A DNA stretch of 64,000 nucleotides from Opitutales bacterium. Its GTDB lineage: Bacteria > Verrucomicrobiota > Verrucomicrobiia > Opitutales > UBA2987. Numbering within the stretch: the stretch's first letter is position 1; each line of letters begins with the position of its first letter. The notes under the pieces were generated by a model, which saw only the letters and a list, made by a program, of their open reading frames with translations, had not been told where the DNA came from and searched no databases. Position numbers and translations under genes: made by a program. Below, piece after piece: positions 32,068-42,662 of the stretch. The stretch lies in NCBI GenBank assembly GCA_965226885.1, contig CBDDEL010000016.1, forward strand, positions 640,001-704,000, given 5' to 3'.

Positions 32068-33351
32068 TTATATAACGGTATTATCCGGTATTACGGCATT
32101 TTTGCCGACAATGAGCACTTTATCCCGCACATAAACATCGCCTTTTTCGAATAAGTCGGGTTTGCCTAGGGGGGAGAGGCGCACATTGTTGCCGATGCGG
32201 GCGTTTTTATCGATAATGGCATTTTCGATATGGCAGTTTTTGCCAATGCCGATATTCGGAATATCGTAGTCGCTATTGAGCTTTTTTTCGTCATCGGATT
32301 CAATCTGGTCCTGTCCCAGCAAGATCACGTATTCCAATGTTGTGCCTTCGCAAACAACGGAACGCACCCCGACCACACAGCGTTTCAAAGTTACCTCGGT
32401 GAGGTTGCAACCGTCGGCTATGATAGCCTCGTCGATGTTGCATTGGTTCAATTTGGAGGCGGGTAGGTAGCGGGCATGGGTGTAGATGATGTGTCTGGAA
32501 TCGAAAAAATCAAAGGGAGGGTTTTTATTGGTAAGCCTGAGATTGGCTTCAAAAAAAGCCTTCACGGTGCCGATGTCTTCCCAATAACCACCGAATATGT
32601 AACTAAACAATCCCACTTTTCCGAGCAAGTCGGGAATCACCTCTTTGCCGAAATCGTCGGCTTGGGTGTTTTCCAAGGCGTCGAAGAGAACGCGCTGGTT
32701 GAACACGTAGATGCCCATGGATGCGAGGCAATATTTCCCACTTTGGGAATCATTCAAGGAGGCCGACAATTTCTCGCTCAGGGTCAGCGATTGGATTACT
32801 TTTGGGTCACTTGGTTTTTCCACAAATTCAGTTATGGAGAGATCGTCTTCGACCCTCATGACGCCGAATTCGCTGACTTCAGTATCGGGGATCGGTTTGG
32901 CGGAGATGGTGACATCGGCTCCAGTTCGTCGGTGCTGTTCAATAATATCCCGAAAATCCATGCGGTAGAGCTGGTCGCCCGATAGAATCAGAAAGAGGTC
33001 ATTTTCCTCGGCATTGAAATGATGACGGTTTTGCCGCACCGCATCAGAGGTTCCCTGGTACCAGTGCTCCCCGGACTGGGTTTGCTCGGCTGATAAAATA
33101 TCGACAAAACCACCCCCGAATGGATCGAATTTGTAAGATTCCTGAATATGACGGTGCAAAGAGGCAGTGTTAAACTGGGTCAGCAAGTAAATTCTGTTGA
33201 GCCTGGAGTTGAGACAATTGCTGATAGGGATATCGACCAGCCGGTATTTTCCTGCGAGGGGAATAGCAGGCTTGCAACGCTGTTCAGTCAAAGGGTATAA
33301 ACGGGACCCTCTTCCCCCTCCCATGATGACGCAGATTACCTTTGATTTCAT
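32068..33351 (-). CDS. glgC: Glucose-1-phosphate adenylyltransferase
   Basis: GGGRGSRLYPLT..RCKPA, WYQGT.DA, FVEKP, ASMGIY and YWEDIGT motifs. Confidence 0.97.
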   Translation of the reverse strand: MKSKVICVIMGGGRGSRLYPLTEQRCKPAIPLAGKYRLVDIPISNCLNSRLNRIYLLTQFNTASLHRHIQESYKFDPFGGGFVDILSAEQTQSGEHWYQGTSDAVRQNRHHFNAEENDLFLILSGDQLYRMDFRDIIEQHRRTGADVTISAKPIPDTEVSEFGVMRVEDDLSITEFVEKPSDPKVIQSLTLSEKLSASLNDSQSGKYCLASMGIYVFNQRVLFDALENTQADDFGKEVIPDLLGKVGLFSYIFGGYWEDIGTVKAFFEANLRLTNKNPPFDFFDSRHIIYTHARYLPASKLNQCNIDEAIIADGCNLTEVTLKRCVVGVRSVVCEGTTLEYVILLGQDQIESDDEKKLNSDYDIPNIGIGKNCHIENAIIDKNARIGNNVRLSPLGKPDLFEKGDVYVRDKVLIVGKNAVIPDNTVI

Positions 33352-33421
33352 CAGTTACCTATATTATTCCGTAATTATTTAATATTACAAACAACATTTA
33401 ATCTTAAAACGAATTTTTCTG

Positions 33422-35272
33422 ATGTGTGGTATATTTGCTTATGTGGGTAGGCATAAGGCAGGGGGAATCCTTCTGGAAGGCCTCAAGCGATTGGAATATC
33501 GGGGTTACGACTCCGCCGGCCTGGCCGTGGCCGAAAAGGATAAACTGCGGATTATCAAAAAGAAAGGGCGAGTAAAAGTCGTCGCGGCGAAAGTCCGCAA
33601 GGCGCGTTTAACGGCAGTCATGGGCATCAGCCACACCCGATGGGCCACCCACGGCGATGTCAACGACGTAAACGCCCACCCCCACCTCAGCGACGACTCG
33701 AAAATCGCTCTGGCTCATAATGGGGTGATCGAGAATTACGAATCAATAAAAAAATTCCTGCTCAGCCGCGACCACAGTTTCCAATCCGAAACCGATACCG
33801 AAGTGCTGACCAACTTGATCGCCTACCATTACGCCAAAGAACCTCGCGAAGAGGGCAAAAACCGCTTTTTGGAAAGTGTGCGCAAAAGCCTTCACCACCT
33901 GGAAGGGACCTACGGAATCGCCGTGATCTGCGCCGATTGCCCCCATCAAATTGTGGGGGCAAGAAAAGGCTCCCCCCTCGTCTTAGGCATCGGCAACGGG
34001 GAAAATATGATTTCCAGCGATGTCTCCGCTTTTGCCGGGCGAACCCAGAATGTCGTTTATCTAGATGATGGACAGGTGGTTTCCATTACGCGGGACGACT
34101 TTTCGGTCACCACCATAATGGACGAAAGCGTCCAGCCGATCATCAACCGGGTGGATTGGGAAATCGAAGAATCCGTCCTGGGCTCATTTTCCCATTACAT
34201 GGAAAAGGAGATTTTCGAGCAGCCCACATCGCTCGAAAACACCATGCGAGGGCGCTTTTCCGATGACGGTTCGACAGCCAAATTTGGCGGATTGAACATC
34301 GAAGCACGCGATTTGCGGCAAATCGACCGCATCCTTTTCTGCGCCTGTGGGACCGCCTGGCATGCCTGCCTGGTGGCCGAATACCTGATCGAACGCTACG
34401 CCCGTCTGCCAGTGGAAGTCGAATATGCCTCCGAGTTTCGCTACCGCAACGCCCCTCTGGATAGAAACACCCTCATATTCGTCATCAGCCAGAGCGGCGA
34501 AACGATCGATACCCTGGAGGCCCTGCGGGAGTCCAAACGAAAAGGCTTTCGCACCCTCGCATTCACCAATGTCGTCGGCTCGACCATTGCCCGGGAAACC
34601 GATGGTGGCATTTACCAACACGCCGGACCCGAAATCGGGGTCGCCTCCACCAAGGCATTCACCTCGCAAATCCTCCTCGCCGCGATGGTGGCGCTATACC
34701 TCGGCCGGCTCCGAGATCTCAGCTTCAACGACGGGGTGGAAATCGTCAATGCCCTCAAAAAAACGCCCGGCCTGGTCAGCCAGATACTCGATCAAACGGA
34801 AAAAATCAAAACCATCGCGGAAAAATACGCGGATTGCCGGGATTTCCTCTTTCTGGGACGTCAACTGATGTTTCCGATGGCCCTGGAAGGCGCCCTCAAA
34901 CTGAAGGAAATCTCCTACATCCACGCCGAAGGCTACCCGGCGGCGGAAATGAAACACGGCCCCATCGCCCTCATCGGCCCCCAATGCCCCACCGTATATA
35001 TTGCCCCGAAAGGTGATATATTTAAGAAAAACCTGACCAATATCCAGGAGATCAAAGCCCGCAAAGGACCCATCATCGCCATCACATCCGCCCGAGAAGA
35101 ATTTCCCCAGGATCTGGCCGACGATATCATATACATCCCCCAAAGCCATGAATGCGTAACCCCCATTCTGGCCGCAATACCCCTGCAATTACTGGCCTAC
35201 TACATCGCCCGCCACCGAGGTTGCGACGTGGATAAACCCCGCAACCTGGCCAAATCCGTCACCGTGGAATAA
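33422..35272 (+). CDS. glmS: Glutamine-fructose-6-phosphate aminotransferase
   Basis: MCGI start, HTRWATHG, SQSGET, C-terminal PRNLAKSVTVE. Confidence 0.99.
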   Translation: MCGIFAYVGRHKAGGILLEGLKRLEYRGYDSAGLAVAEKDKLRIIKKKGRVKVVAAKVRKARLTAVMGISHTRWATHGDVNDVNAHPHLSDDSKIALAHNGVIENYESIKKFLLSRDHSFQSETDTEVLTNLIAYHYAKEPREEGKNRFLESVRKSLHHLEGTYGIAVICADCPHQIVGARKGSPLVLGIGNGENMISSDVSAFAGRTQNVVYLDDGQVVSITRDDFSVTTIMDESVQPIINRVDWEIEESVLGSFSHYMEKEIFEQPTSLENTMRGRFSDDGSTAKFGGLNIEARDLRQIDRILFCACGTAWHACLVAEYLIERYARLPVEVEYASEFRYRNAPLDRNTLIFVISQSGETIDTLEALRESKRKGFRTLAFTNVVGSTIARETDGGIYQHAGPEIGVASTKAFTSQILLAAMVALYLGRLRDLSFNDGVEIVNALKKTPGLVSQILDQTEKIKTIAEKYADCRDFLFLGRQLMFPMALEGALKLKEISYIHAEGYPAAEMKHGPIALIGPQCPTVYIAPKGDIFKKNLTNIQEIKARKGPIIAITSAREEFPQDLADDIIYIPQSHECVTPILAAIPLQLLAYYIARHRGCDVDKPRNLAKSVTVE

Positions 35273-35295
35273 AAGAAATACTCTTCCGGTGCTGG

Positions 35296-35390
35296 TGTAG
35301 ACGGACAATAAAGTAGTATCCTGGACAATATAAATGTAACCTGGACAATAAACTTGGAAACTGGCCACTCTGCGCCGGACAATAAAGTCT
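35296..35390 (+). repeat. Tn7 right-end-like terminus with TnsB-binding repeats
   Basis: TGTAGACG followed by GGACAATA(AAGT) at 35303, 35323, 35343 (20-bp period) and 35377; closely resembles Tn7R TGTGGGCGGACAATAAAGTC. The preceding GCTGG (35291-35295) is the predicted 5-bp TSD. Confidence 0.92.
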
Positions 35391-35434
35391 GCCCCCGTCC
35401 TCGCCAAATCGCGGAATGAACGCAACTTGTTGAA

Positions 35435-36097
35435 TCATAAAGGATTCCGATGATCTCCCAGGATACGTTCAACCTCTGAGGAATCCCCGACTCGGTAGTC
35501 AACGGCCAAGTTTGCAACCGCCGTCTGCCATTCCATCCCGAAGACAAGGGCCATCGCCGCATCGCGGAGAGATTCCTGCGATCCGATGTCTAGTCGCTTC
35601 AAATACTTCCTGCTGCGCAGCTTCGGTTCCAAACAAGCCAGCAATACGATATCGAAATCGAACGATTTCGCCACGATGACACCCAACCGACGGATTGCCT
35701 CGGGCTGCGGTTTCCTCAATTTGACGTTTTTTGGAAGTTCTCCTTTCGGTGCATCCGGAACGTAATCTGGCTGAAGCTGAAATGACCCCTTCTCCACGTC
35801 ATCGATGGTAATCTCTGGGCGAATCGGGCGCAATTTACGCCCTAGTTCTCTGGCTGCCTCGCTGATCTCGGACTCATCTCTGAACCCGGCTTCCACTTCT
35901 GCCCACTCCAATCGCACCATAACCTTTTCCGTTAGCTGGCGATCGCCTCTGTTTACCAACATAAGTAAGGATGTGCTGACCCTCAGTTTCCTCGCCATTT
36001 GAGGCCATGTTAGTTCTTCCGTTTTCTTAAGTCGCCTCAATCGCTCGGAATGGTTGGAGGGATTTTTTTTCCGTATTTCCATCTTTTTATTTGACAT
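35435..36097 (-). CDS. Xre/Cro-type HTH protein with uncharacterised C-terminal domain
   Basis: N-terminal RLRRLKKTEELTWPQMARKLRVSTSLLMLVNRGDRQLT fits HTH_XRE; about 150 further residues are unassigned. Confidence 0.75.
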   Translation of the reverse strand: MSNKKMEIRKKNPSNHSERLRRLKKTEELTWPQMARKLRVSTSLLMLVNRGDRQLTEKVMVRLEWAEVEAGFRDESEISEAARELGRKLRPIRPEITIDDVEKGSFQLQPDYVPDAPKGELPKNVKLRKPQPEAIRRLGVIVAKSFDFDIVLLACLEPKLRSRKYLKRLDIGSQESLRDAAMALVFGMEWQTAVANLAVDYRVGDSSEVERILGDHRNPL

Positions 36098-36188
36098 TTG
36101 ACATTTGACAATAGCTATAATATATAGTTTTATACAGCTTATAACGGGTAAATTTATACTAATTTATATATATTCTGTAGCTATTATA

Positions 36189-37993
36189 GAGGCTGTCCCA
36201 AAAATATAAAGATTTTATAGTCAACTGGATGACGTTGATAAAAAGAGCCGGAAAGAGCAAGTTTTTGCTCGATCCGGCCAAAAAAGGGTTCTATAATTGA
36301 GTTAGCGAAAATCAATATAGCCCTTTCTATGAAAAATATAGCCATCCAATGCCTCCTGCGTCCAGCTTTAACTGTGGTCGACCGGTGCCTCGATTACGAT
36401 AACTTCCGCGCCACCATTGATCGAATCGATCGGCTGCTGATCGACTCGGAGGTGGAATCGCAGGCCATTGAGCTGGCCTTGGAGGGGTGGCCGCCAATGG
36501 GTCTAAAGGCCCGGCGGCAGCGGGCCAGTTTTGCCATCAAGGCACTGCGCATGGATACGCTGGGCCGTCTGCTCGGAGGGATTTCGTTTCGGCATTTGTC
36601 GCGGGCTCTGGGCAGCAGCGATCTGTTGGCCGACTTTTGCCGTGTCCGGCAGATCGATGGCATCAGGGGCATCTCCAAAAGCACCCTGGAGCGGGCCTCG
36701 AAGTTTTTCAGCGAAGAGCAGTTGAGGGCCTTGCACCGGACCTTGACTGAGGTGGTGGGCGATGCCCTTCTGGGCCGGCAGGTGGGATTGGACAAGCCGA
36801 TTGACACCACCATTTGCCTGATCGACGGCACCTGTTTGGAGGCTAACATTCATTGGCCGACGGACTGGGTATTACTCAAGGATGTAGCCGGCACGTTGCT
36901 CAAAGCGATCCGGCTGATCCGCGAGAAGGCCGGTTTGCGCCATCGCATGCCGATCGAACCGGAGCCCTTGGCTCGGCAGATGACCCACAGCCGGCGGCGA
37001 AAGGACAGCGCGCGGCAGCGCAAGGGTATCTTGAGGCAGATGAAAAAGCTGCTCAAACGGATCGGGGAGCATGCCCGCAGTCACCGGGAATTATTGCAAG
37101 CCTGCTGGGAGCAAAGCGATTACAGCGAAAAACAGGTCCAACAGATCCTCGCCCGGATGGAGCGCATGAGCGAGCAAATCCCGGTGGTCATCAAACAGGC
37201 GCACGAGCGGATCATTGGCGGCCGCCAGGTGAAAAACGCAGAGAAAGTCTTGAGTGTTTACGAACTCGATGGGCAGGTGATTGTGCGAGGTAAAGCGGGC
37301 CAAGAGGTCGAGTTCGGCAACACCCTGTTTTTGGGAGAAAGCGTTGAAGGGTACCTGCTGGACTGGAAACTCTACGGCAGCCGAACTCCAAGCGAAAATG
37401 AACAAATGCAAGAGAGTTTGCAAAGACAGAACCGCTTCAACCTGGAAGAACCCATAGCGGCCATGTGCGCGGACCGGGGATTTGCCTCCCAGCGGGCCCG
37501 CCGGCAGTTAGCCCAGGAGGGAATCTACGACGCGCTCTGTCCACGCGATCCGAAGCAGTTGAAAAAACGGATGGAGGAACCACTGTTCAGACAATTGCAA
37601 AAGCGCCGGGCCAGCACCGAAGGGCGGATCGGGGGGATCGGGGTATTGAAGAATCGCTGGCAGGCCGGGCGGTTGCGCAGCAAAGGCTTTGCCAACCGCT
37701 CGATCAGCGTAGCCTGGTCGGTACTCTCGCACAACCTATGGAAAGTAGCCAAGATGCTGGCCCAGCAAGACGAACTAAAAACCAAAGCGGCGGCCTAGAG
37801 AGCGGAAAAGCAAGGACAATACTTTTTCACAGCCGTACTGTCGGCTCATACAAAGAAAACCAGGCAACCGGACCCCAAAACCAGTATCCTAACGTCATAG
37901 GAGAGCAAAGTTGATACTCTCCCAAATGCAAATACCTCTAAAATGAGCGCCTATCAAAAGCCCTCGCAAAAATCACCCTTTTTGGACAGCCTC
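36189..37993 (+). mobile_element. ISNCY/IS5-related element copy 2 (transposase 36329..37798) in the xre-tnsA intergenic region
   Basis: Near-identical to 30093-31933; same TIR; flanked by (T/C)ATTATA. Confidence 0.88.
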
Positions 37994-38053
37994 CATTATA
38001 GGACTTTTGCGAGCTTAATTTTTAATCATCCAAATTTTAAACCTTTAAACCCC

Positions 38054-38906
38054 ATGCCCAAACGCAAAAGAGAGACCACCGCTACGACTATAGAGAAACG
38101 GATTTCCGAGGGGCGCGGGCAAGGTCGGGGAGCCGCTTACACGCCGTGGCTCAATATCCACGATGTCGGCTCCAATGGAGTGTCTAGTCGAATCAACGGC
38201 TGGACGACGTCCTGGATCCACCATCTCCTCAGTCGGGGGGAAACTGCAAACTTTTATGTTTTCGACTACGCGAAGCAAGTTGTCGACATTCGGGAGCAAT
38301 TTCCCCTTTTACCAATTGAAAAAACGATTGCCATCGCTGAACGATTGGGAGTTCGACACCCATCCGACCCAAAAACTCGAAGTCCGGTGGTGATGACGAC
38401 GGATTTTTTGCTCACGATCGGGAATGGACTAAATGAGACTGAAGTGGCGCGCACCGTGAAACCTTCCAATGAGCTCGCGTCCTCTCGGGTTCGCGTCCTC
38501 TCGGGTCATTGAAAAGTTTGCCATCGAACTGGAGTATTGGAAGGCCAGAAAGACCAATTGGGGCATCATTTGTGAAGATCGGGTAACCCAGACGGTCGCC
38601 CGGAATATTGAATGGGTGCACAATTTTCGCGATCTTCCAGAAGGCCTGTCTCTGGCTGAAAAAGGGCTCGAGCAAATCGAAACCTTCCTCATTCCATTGA
38701 TATCTTCTAAAACGGCACCTTCACGAGCTACTTCAGAATGCGACGACAGACTCGGATTGGAGCCGGGAACGGCCCTCTCAGCCGTCCGGCATTTTATCGC
38801 GACTCGTCGCTGGGCTGTGAAGATGACCCGGCGCATCGATCCGACCTCTCCACTGATTTTCACTAAAACGCCCGTGCCAGCCAAGAATACTGCGGCTGCA
38901 GCCTGA
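38054..38906 (+). pseudogene. tnsA: TnsA endonuclease, frameshifted by a 16-bp tandem duplication
   Basis: EGRGQG.G..Y.PWL, HHLLS..E, DIREQFPL, VMTTDFL and EKFAIELEYW motifs; TCGCGTCCTCTCGGGT occurs twice at 38475-38506. Confidence 0.93.
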
Positions 38907-38913
38907 TTGCCCC

Positions 38914-41900
38914 ATGAATCTCATCGTTAACATGACACTCGAATGGTCCGATTCCGAGGGCGAAAAACATATCGATCGGGTACTAGAGATCACGCCCGAC
39001 CGAGTTGTTCTGTTCGAAATCTCCGATCCAAACGCTTTTCCTAGATTTCATCCAAAATCCGAAATTCTTGATGCAATTGAGCGCAAGTATTGCACGCTTC
39101 TGCCCCCCGTTTCGTCTCCACAATTACTTCGCCGTGAAGAGTCAATCCCAAAACATCATCGCGAGCGTCGCGACCTTGCTTGGGAGATCATCAAAGTTAT
39201 CATCGAAGCTCCAAACTATGGGACGTTTGATGCCGAAATTCGTGGGAAAATAATTCGTGAAGCTGTGGCGCGTACTGGTAAATCGAAGAAGACAATTTAC
39301 AAGTACTTAAGGAAATACTGGCGCTACGGTTGCGCGAAAAATGCTTTGCTTCCATGTTTCCACAAATGTGGAGGAAAAGGGAAATTACGGACTCCCGGTG
39401 AAAAAAAACGGGGGCGGCAGAACCAGACCCGAAGGGCCATGGGAGTTCAGGATGGGATTAATATTGGCCCAGAAGAAAAGGACAAAATTCGTCAAGGCAT
39501 CAAACGGTTCCATGACAATCCCAGATTAAGAGGGAAATACACGTTGGAAGAAGCTTACAATCGGACGTTGGGAGACTTTTTTCATATTCGTTATGATTTA
39601 ATCGATGATCTAATGGTCCCAGTATTACCGCCTGTTAATGAGCTTCCTTCGTTCCGACAGTTCAAGTATGTATATTACAAGGACAGAGACCTTTCGATTA
39701 CTTTGATAGCTCGTAAAGGCCAAAGGCGCTTCAACCTAAACCGTCGAGCCGTCATTGGCGATTCCTCTAACCCGGATATTTCATGAAGGGTAAAGTTTGG
39801 CTCGTTATTGCTATTGGAGATGGATTTCTTTGTATTTTGAGCAGATCGTCTTGATTTTTAGGTGTTTTTCAGGGTGTAGAGACACTGCCCCCTTTCCCCC
39901 ATTGGTTCGGTAGTGCCGGGGGCAGCACCAATGCACCCTTTAGGTTGGCACCAATCGGCGGGCCGCATGGTTGAAAAGACTGGCCCAAGGATAACTCTCA
40001 CTTAGGTGAAAGTGAATCGTTCGGGTGTTGCGCACGATGACCGCTCCGATCTTGATTAATTTGAGCCGCAGGGTGTGGCATTGGGCCCGCGCCCACTTCG
40101 TCCCTTTTAAGGCTAACCGGCGCATGGCTTCCATCAAGGTGTAGGCCAGCGCCGACAAGAGCAATCGCCACTGATTGGCCCACCATTGATGGGCGCTGGT
40201 GCGCTCGCTGAACAATTGCATCTGTTCCTTGATTCGGTTCTCCATTTCACCGCGGCCACAGTATACCTTGTCGTAAAGCTCCTGGGGATCGCCCGGCAGG
40301 TTCGTCACCACGAAGCGCGGGTTGGACCCCTGTGTGGTGTGTTCGGCTTTATGGATGACCAACCGCAGCCATCGCCACGAATCGGCAGCATAGACGAAGT
40401 CCTGGAATAACCGTTGTTTTTTACCCCTTAGTTCGAACCATTCTTTGGCCTGCTTTTGCAACTGCTGGGCGTCTTGCTGCAAGCGTGCATTGCGAGCCAT
40501 CCCCACGATGTAACTAACTTCGTTGCGGTCGCACCAAGAGAGTATCCGGTCTCGACAAAATCCACTGTCGGCGCGCCAAATAATCCGCTTACGGGGCCAG
40601 CTTTGGCGAATCCGTTTAACCAGCAATTTGAGGATGGCCCCGGCATGCTTGCTGGCATCGATCTTGCTCGGCCGCAGGTAGGCCACCAGCAGCTGATCAC
40701 CGCAAAAAACATATAGCGGCAGAAAACAGTAATGATCATAATAACCGTGGAAAAAACGTCCCTCCTGGAGCCCGTGCACCGGATTGTCGGTGGCGTCAAA
40801 GTCCAGGATGATCTCTTCGGGTTCCTCGGCAAAGGAGCCCATGAACTGTTCGACCAACAGCTCGTTTACCGCAAAGGCCGCCCGCCGATCCTGCCCGTTT
40901 TCAAAACGACACAAAGTCGGCGCGCTGGCCAACGTTTCAATGCGCCCCGTTACCGTTTGCAACAATGGATCGTGGCGCAGGGTATCAAAGTCGTTTAAAT
41001 CCTCATAGCCCGCCACCAGCCCGTAAACGCGCTGCCGCAGCATCCCCAAGACCTCATGGCGTACTTTGCCCTTCTGCCGTTTGTCCACTAACTGTCGGGC
41101 CGCTCGTTCGGTCAAGCCCAACTGCCGATCCACTTCCCGGATCAAAAGCAGTCCGGCATCCGAAGTAACCTCTCCGCCCTTGAAATCAACCCGCACACGG
41201 CGGCCTTTTACCCTTGTCAACTGTAGCTTTAATTGTTTACCTTTTGTCATCGCTGATATTGCTTTAATTATTGATCTATCCTGCTGTATATCAGCAGTTA
41301 AGCATATCAACGATACTTTTTTTACGAAATATCCGGGCTAAGACTGTATTCGGCCCCGGTTGCGTTTACCAAATCGATGCCACTAATTCGGATATATACC
41401 TTGTCGGTTCCTTGGACCGAAAGAGAATAATCGGCCGCCCGACTCTTTACTTTCTTGTGGATGTATTTTCCCGATCGATCGTGGGCTTCAATGTTACCAC
41501 CGAAAATGCAAGCTATTTAGCGGCGGCACTGGCCATCGAAAACGCGGCTTCGGACAAAGTCGGATTCTGTGAACGTCACGGTATCACGATTTCGAGGGAG
41601 GATTGGCCCTGTCAACATCTACCAGAATGCATCGTCGCCGACCGGGGTGAATTAGAGGGTCCCAAGGCCGATACTCTGATAAACAGTCTGAATATAAAAT
41701 TGGATAATACCCCGCCTTACCGAGCCGATCTTAAGGGACTCGTGGAGAGAAACTTCCGAACAGTGAATGATAATATCATTCATTGGCTTCCCGGTCACGT
41801 AAAGAAAAACCGCGAGCGAGGGGATCGAGATCACCGACTCGATGCCGTTTTGGATCTCCAGCAATTTACCAAACTCATTATCCACTTTATCCTCGATTAC

Positions 41901-42662
41901 AATCGGTCTTGGTTGAACAACTATCGTCCAGACGAGCACATGATAGCCGACCAACTGGAACCGAGGCCAACAATGCTTTGGGAGTGGGGGATTATAAATC
42001 GTTCCGGGTATCTGCGCCAAATGGATCCAGACCTGCTGCGAATGAACCTGCTGCCCTCGGCAAAAGCTACGGTCACACCAAAAGGTATCCGTTTCCAAAA
42101 AGTTTTCTACGCCTGCGAAAGGGCCATTAAAAAGCAGTGGTTTGTTCGCGCTCGTACCACTGGTACATGGAAAGTCGACATTGCCTATGATCCCAGGAGC
42201 GTGGACTTTATCTATCTCCGCCCGGACGGCAACACACCTCCCGAAGCATGCAAACTTGTGGATCCTGACCAGCGTTTCCATGGCCGTGCCTGGATCGAAC
42301 TCCACGAGCAGGTTCAGGTCCAAAAAATACAAAAGGAAATCGCAGCAACGAGCGATCGCCAGTCGGGAACTGAATTTCGCGCTAAGGTCAATGTCATCGT
42401 CTCTTCGGCTGAAGAGCAAACCGCAGCCGATCAGACCGGACAGAGCAAACGTGCCCGTGTTGGTGGAATTCGTGCCAACCGGAAGGCGGCGCGCGAACAT
42501 GAACGCCGACTCGCTGTTGCACCAGGACCGTTAGAGAAAGAAGAGCTGAGCGAAGATATTGACCCAGAGGAGTCGCAAGAACCGGGCGACGATTCTTACA
42601 TCCCGCCTCCGTCACAACTGAAACTGCTGGTAACCCATCAGGAAGAACAATGGAAAAAATAG
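38914..42662 (+). pseudogene. tnsB: TnsB DDE transposase interrupted by IS1380
   Basis: YLRKYWRYG..NALLP; GPG..YQIDAT, VDVFSR, ADRGE and KGLVE motifs. Removing the IS and one CTAA gives the in-frame junction GDSSKTVFGPG. Confidence 0.93.
39771..41337 (-). mobile_element. IS1380 variant A copy 2 (transposase 41250..39940)
   Basis: 1567 bp, TIRs, 4-bp target duplication CTAA. Confidence 0.96.

Noticed and set aside
33352..33421. glmS ribozyme
   Set aside because: Only 70 AT-rich bp between the divergent glgC and glmS; too short and no core motif.
35303..35390. Iterons or CRISPR repeats
   Set aside because: Sequence, spacing and position match TnsB-binding sites of a Tn7 end.
37943..38053. 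N-terminal extension of TnsA in ORF 37943..38512
   Set aside because: It starts inside the IS right end; the plausible start is ATG 38054. The extended starts of ORFs 41271 and 55339 are likewise IS read-through.
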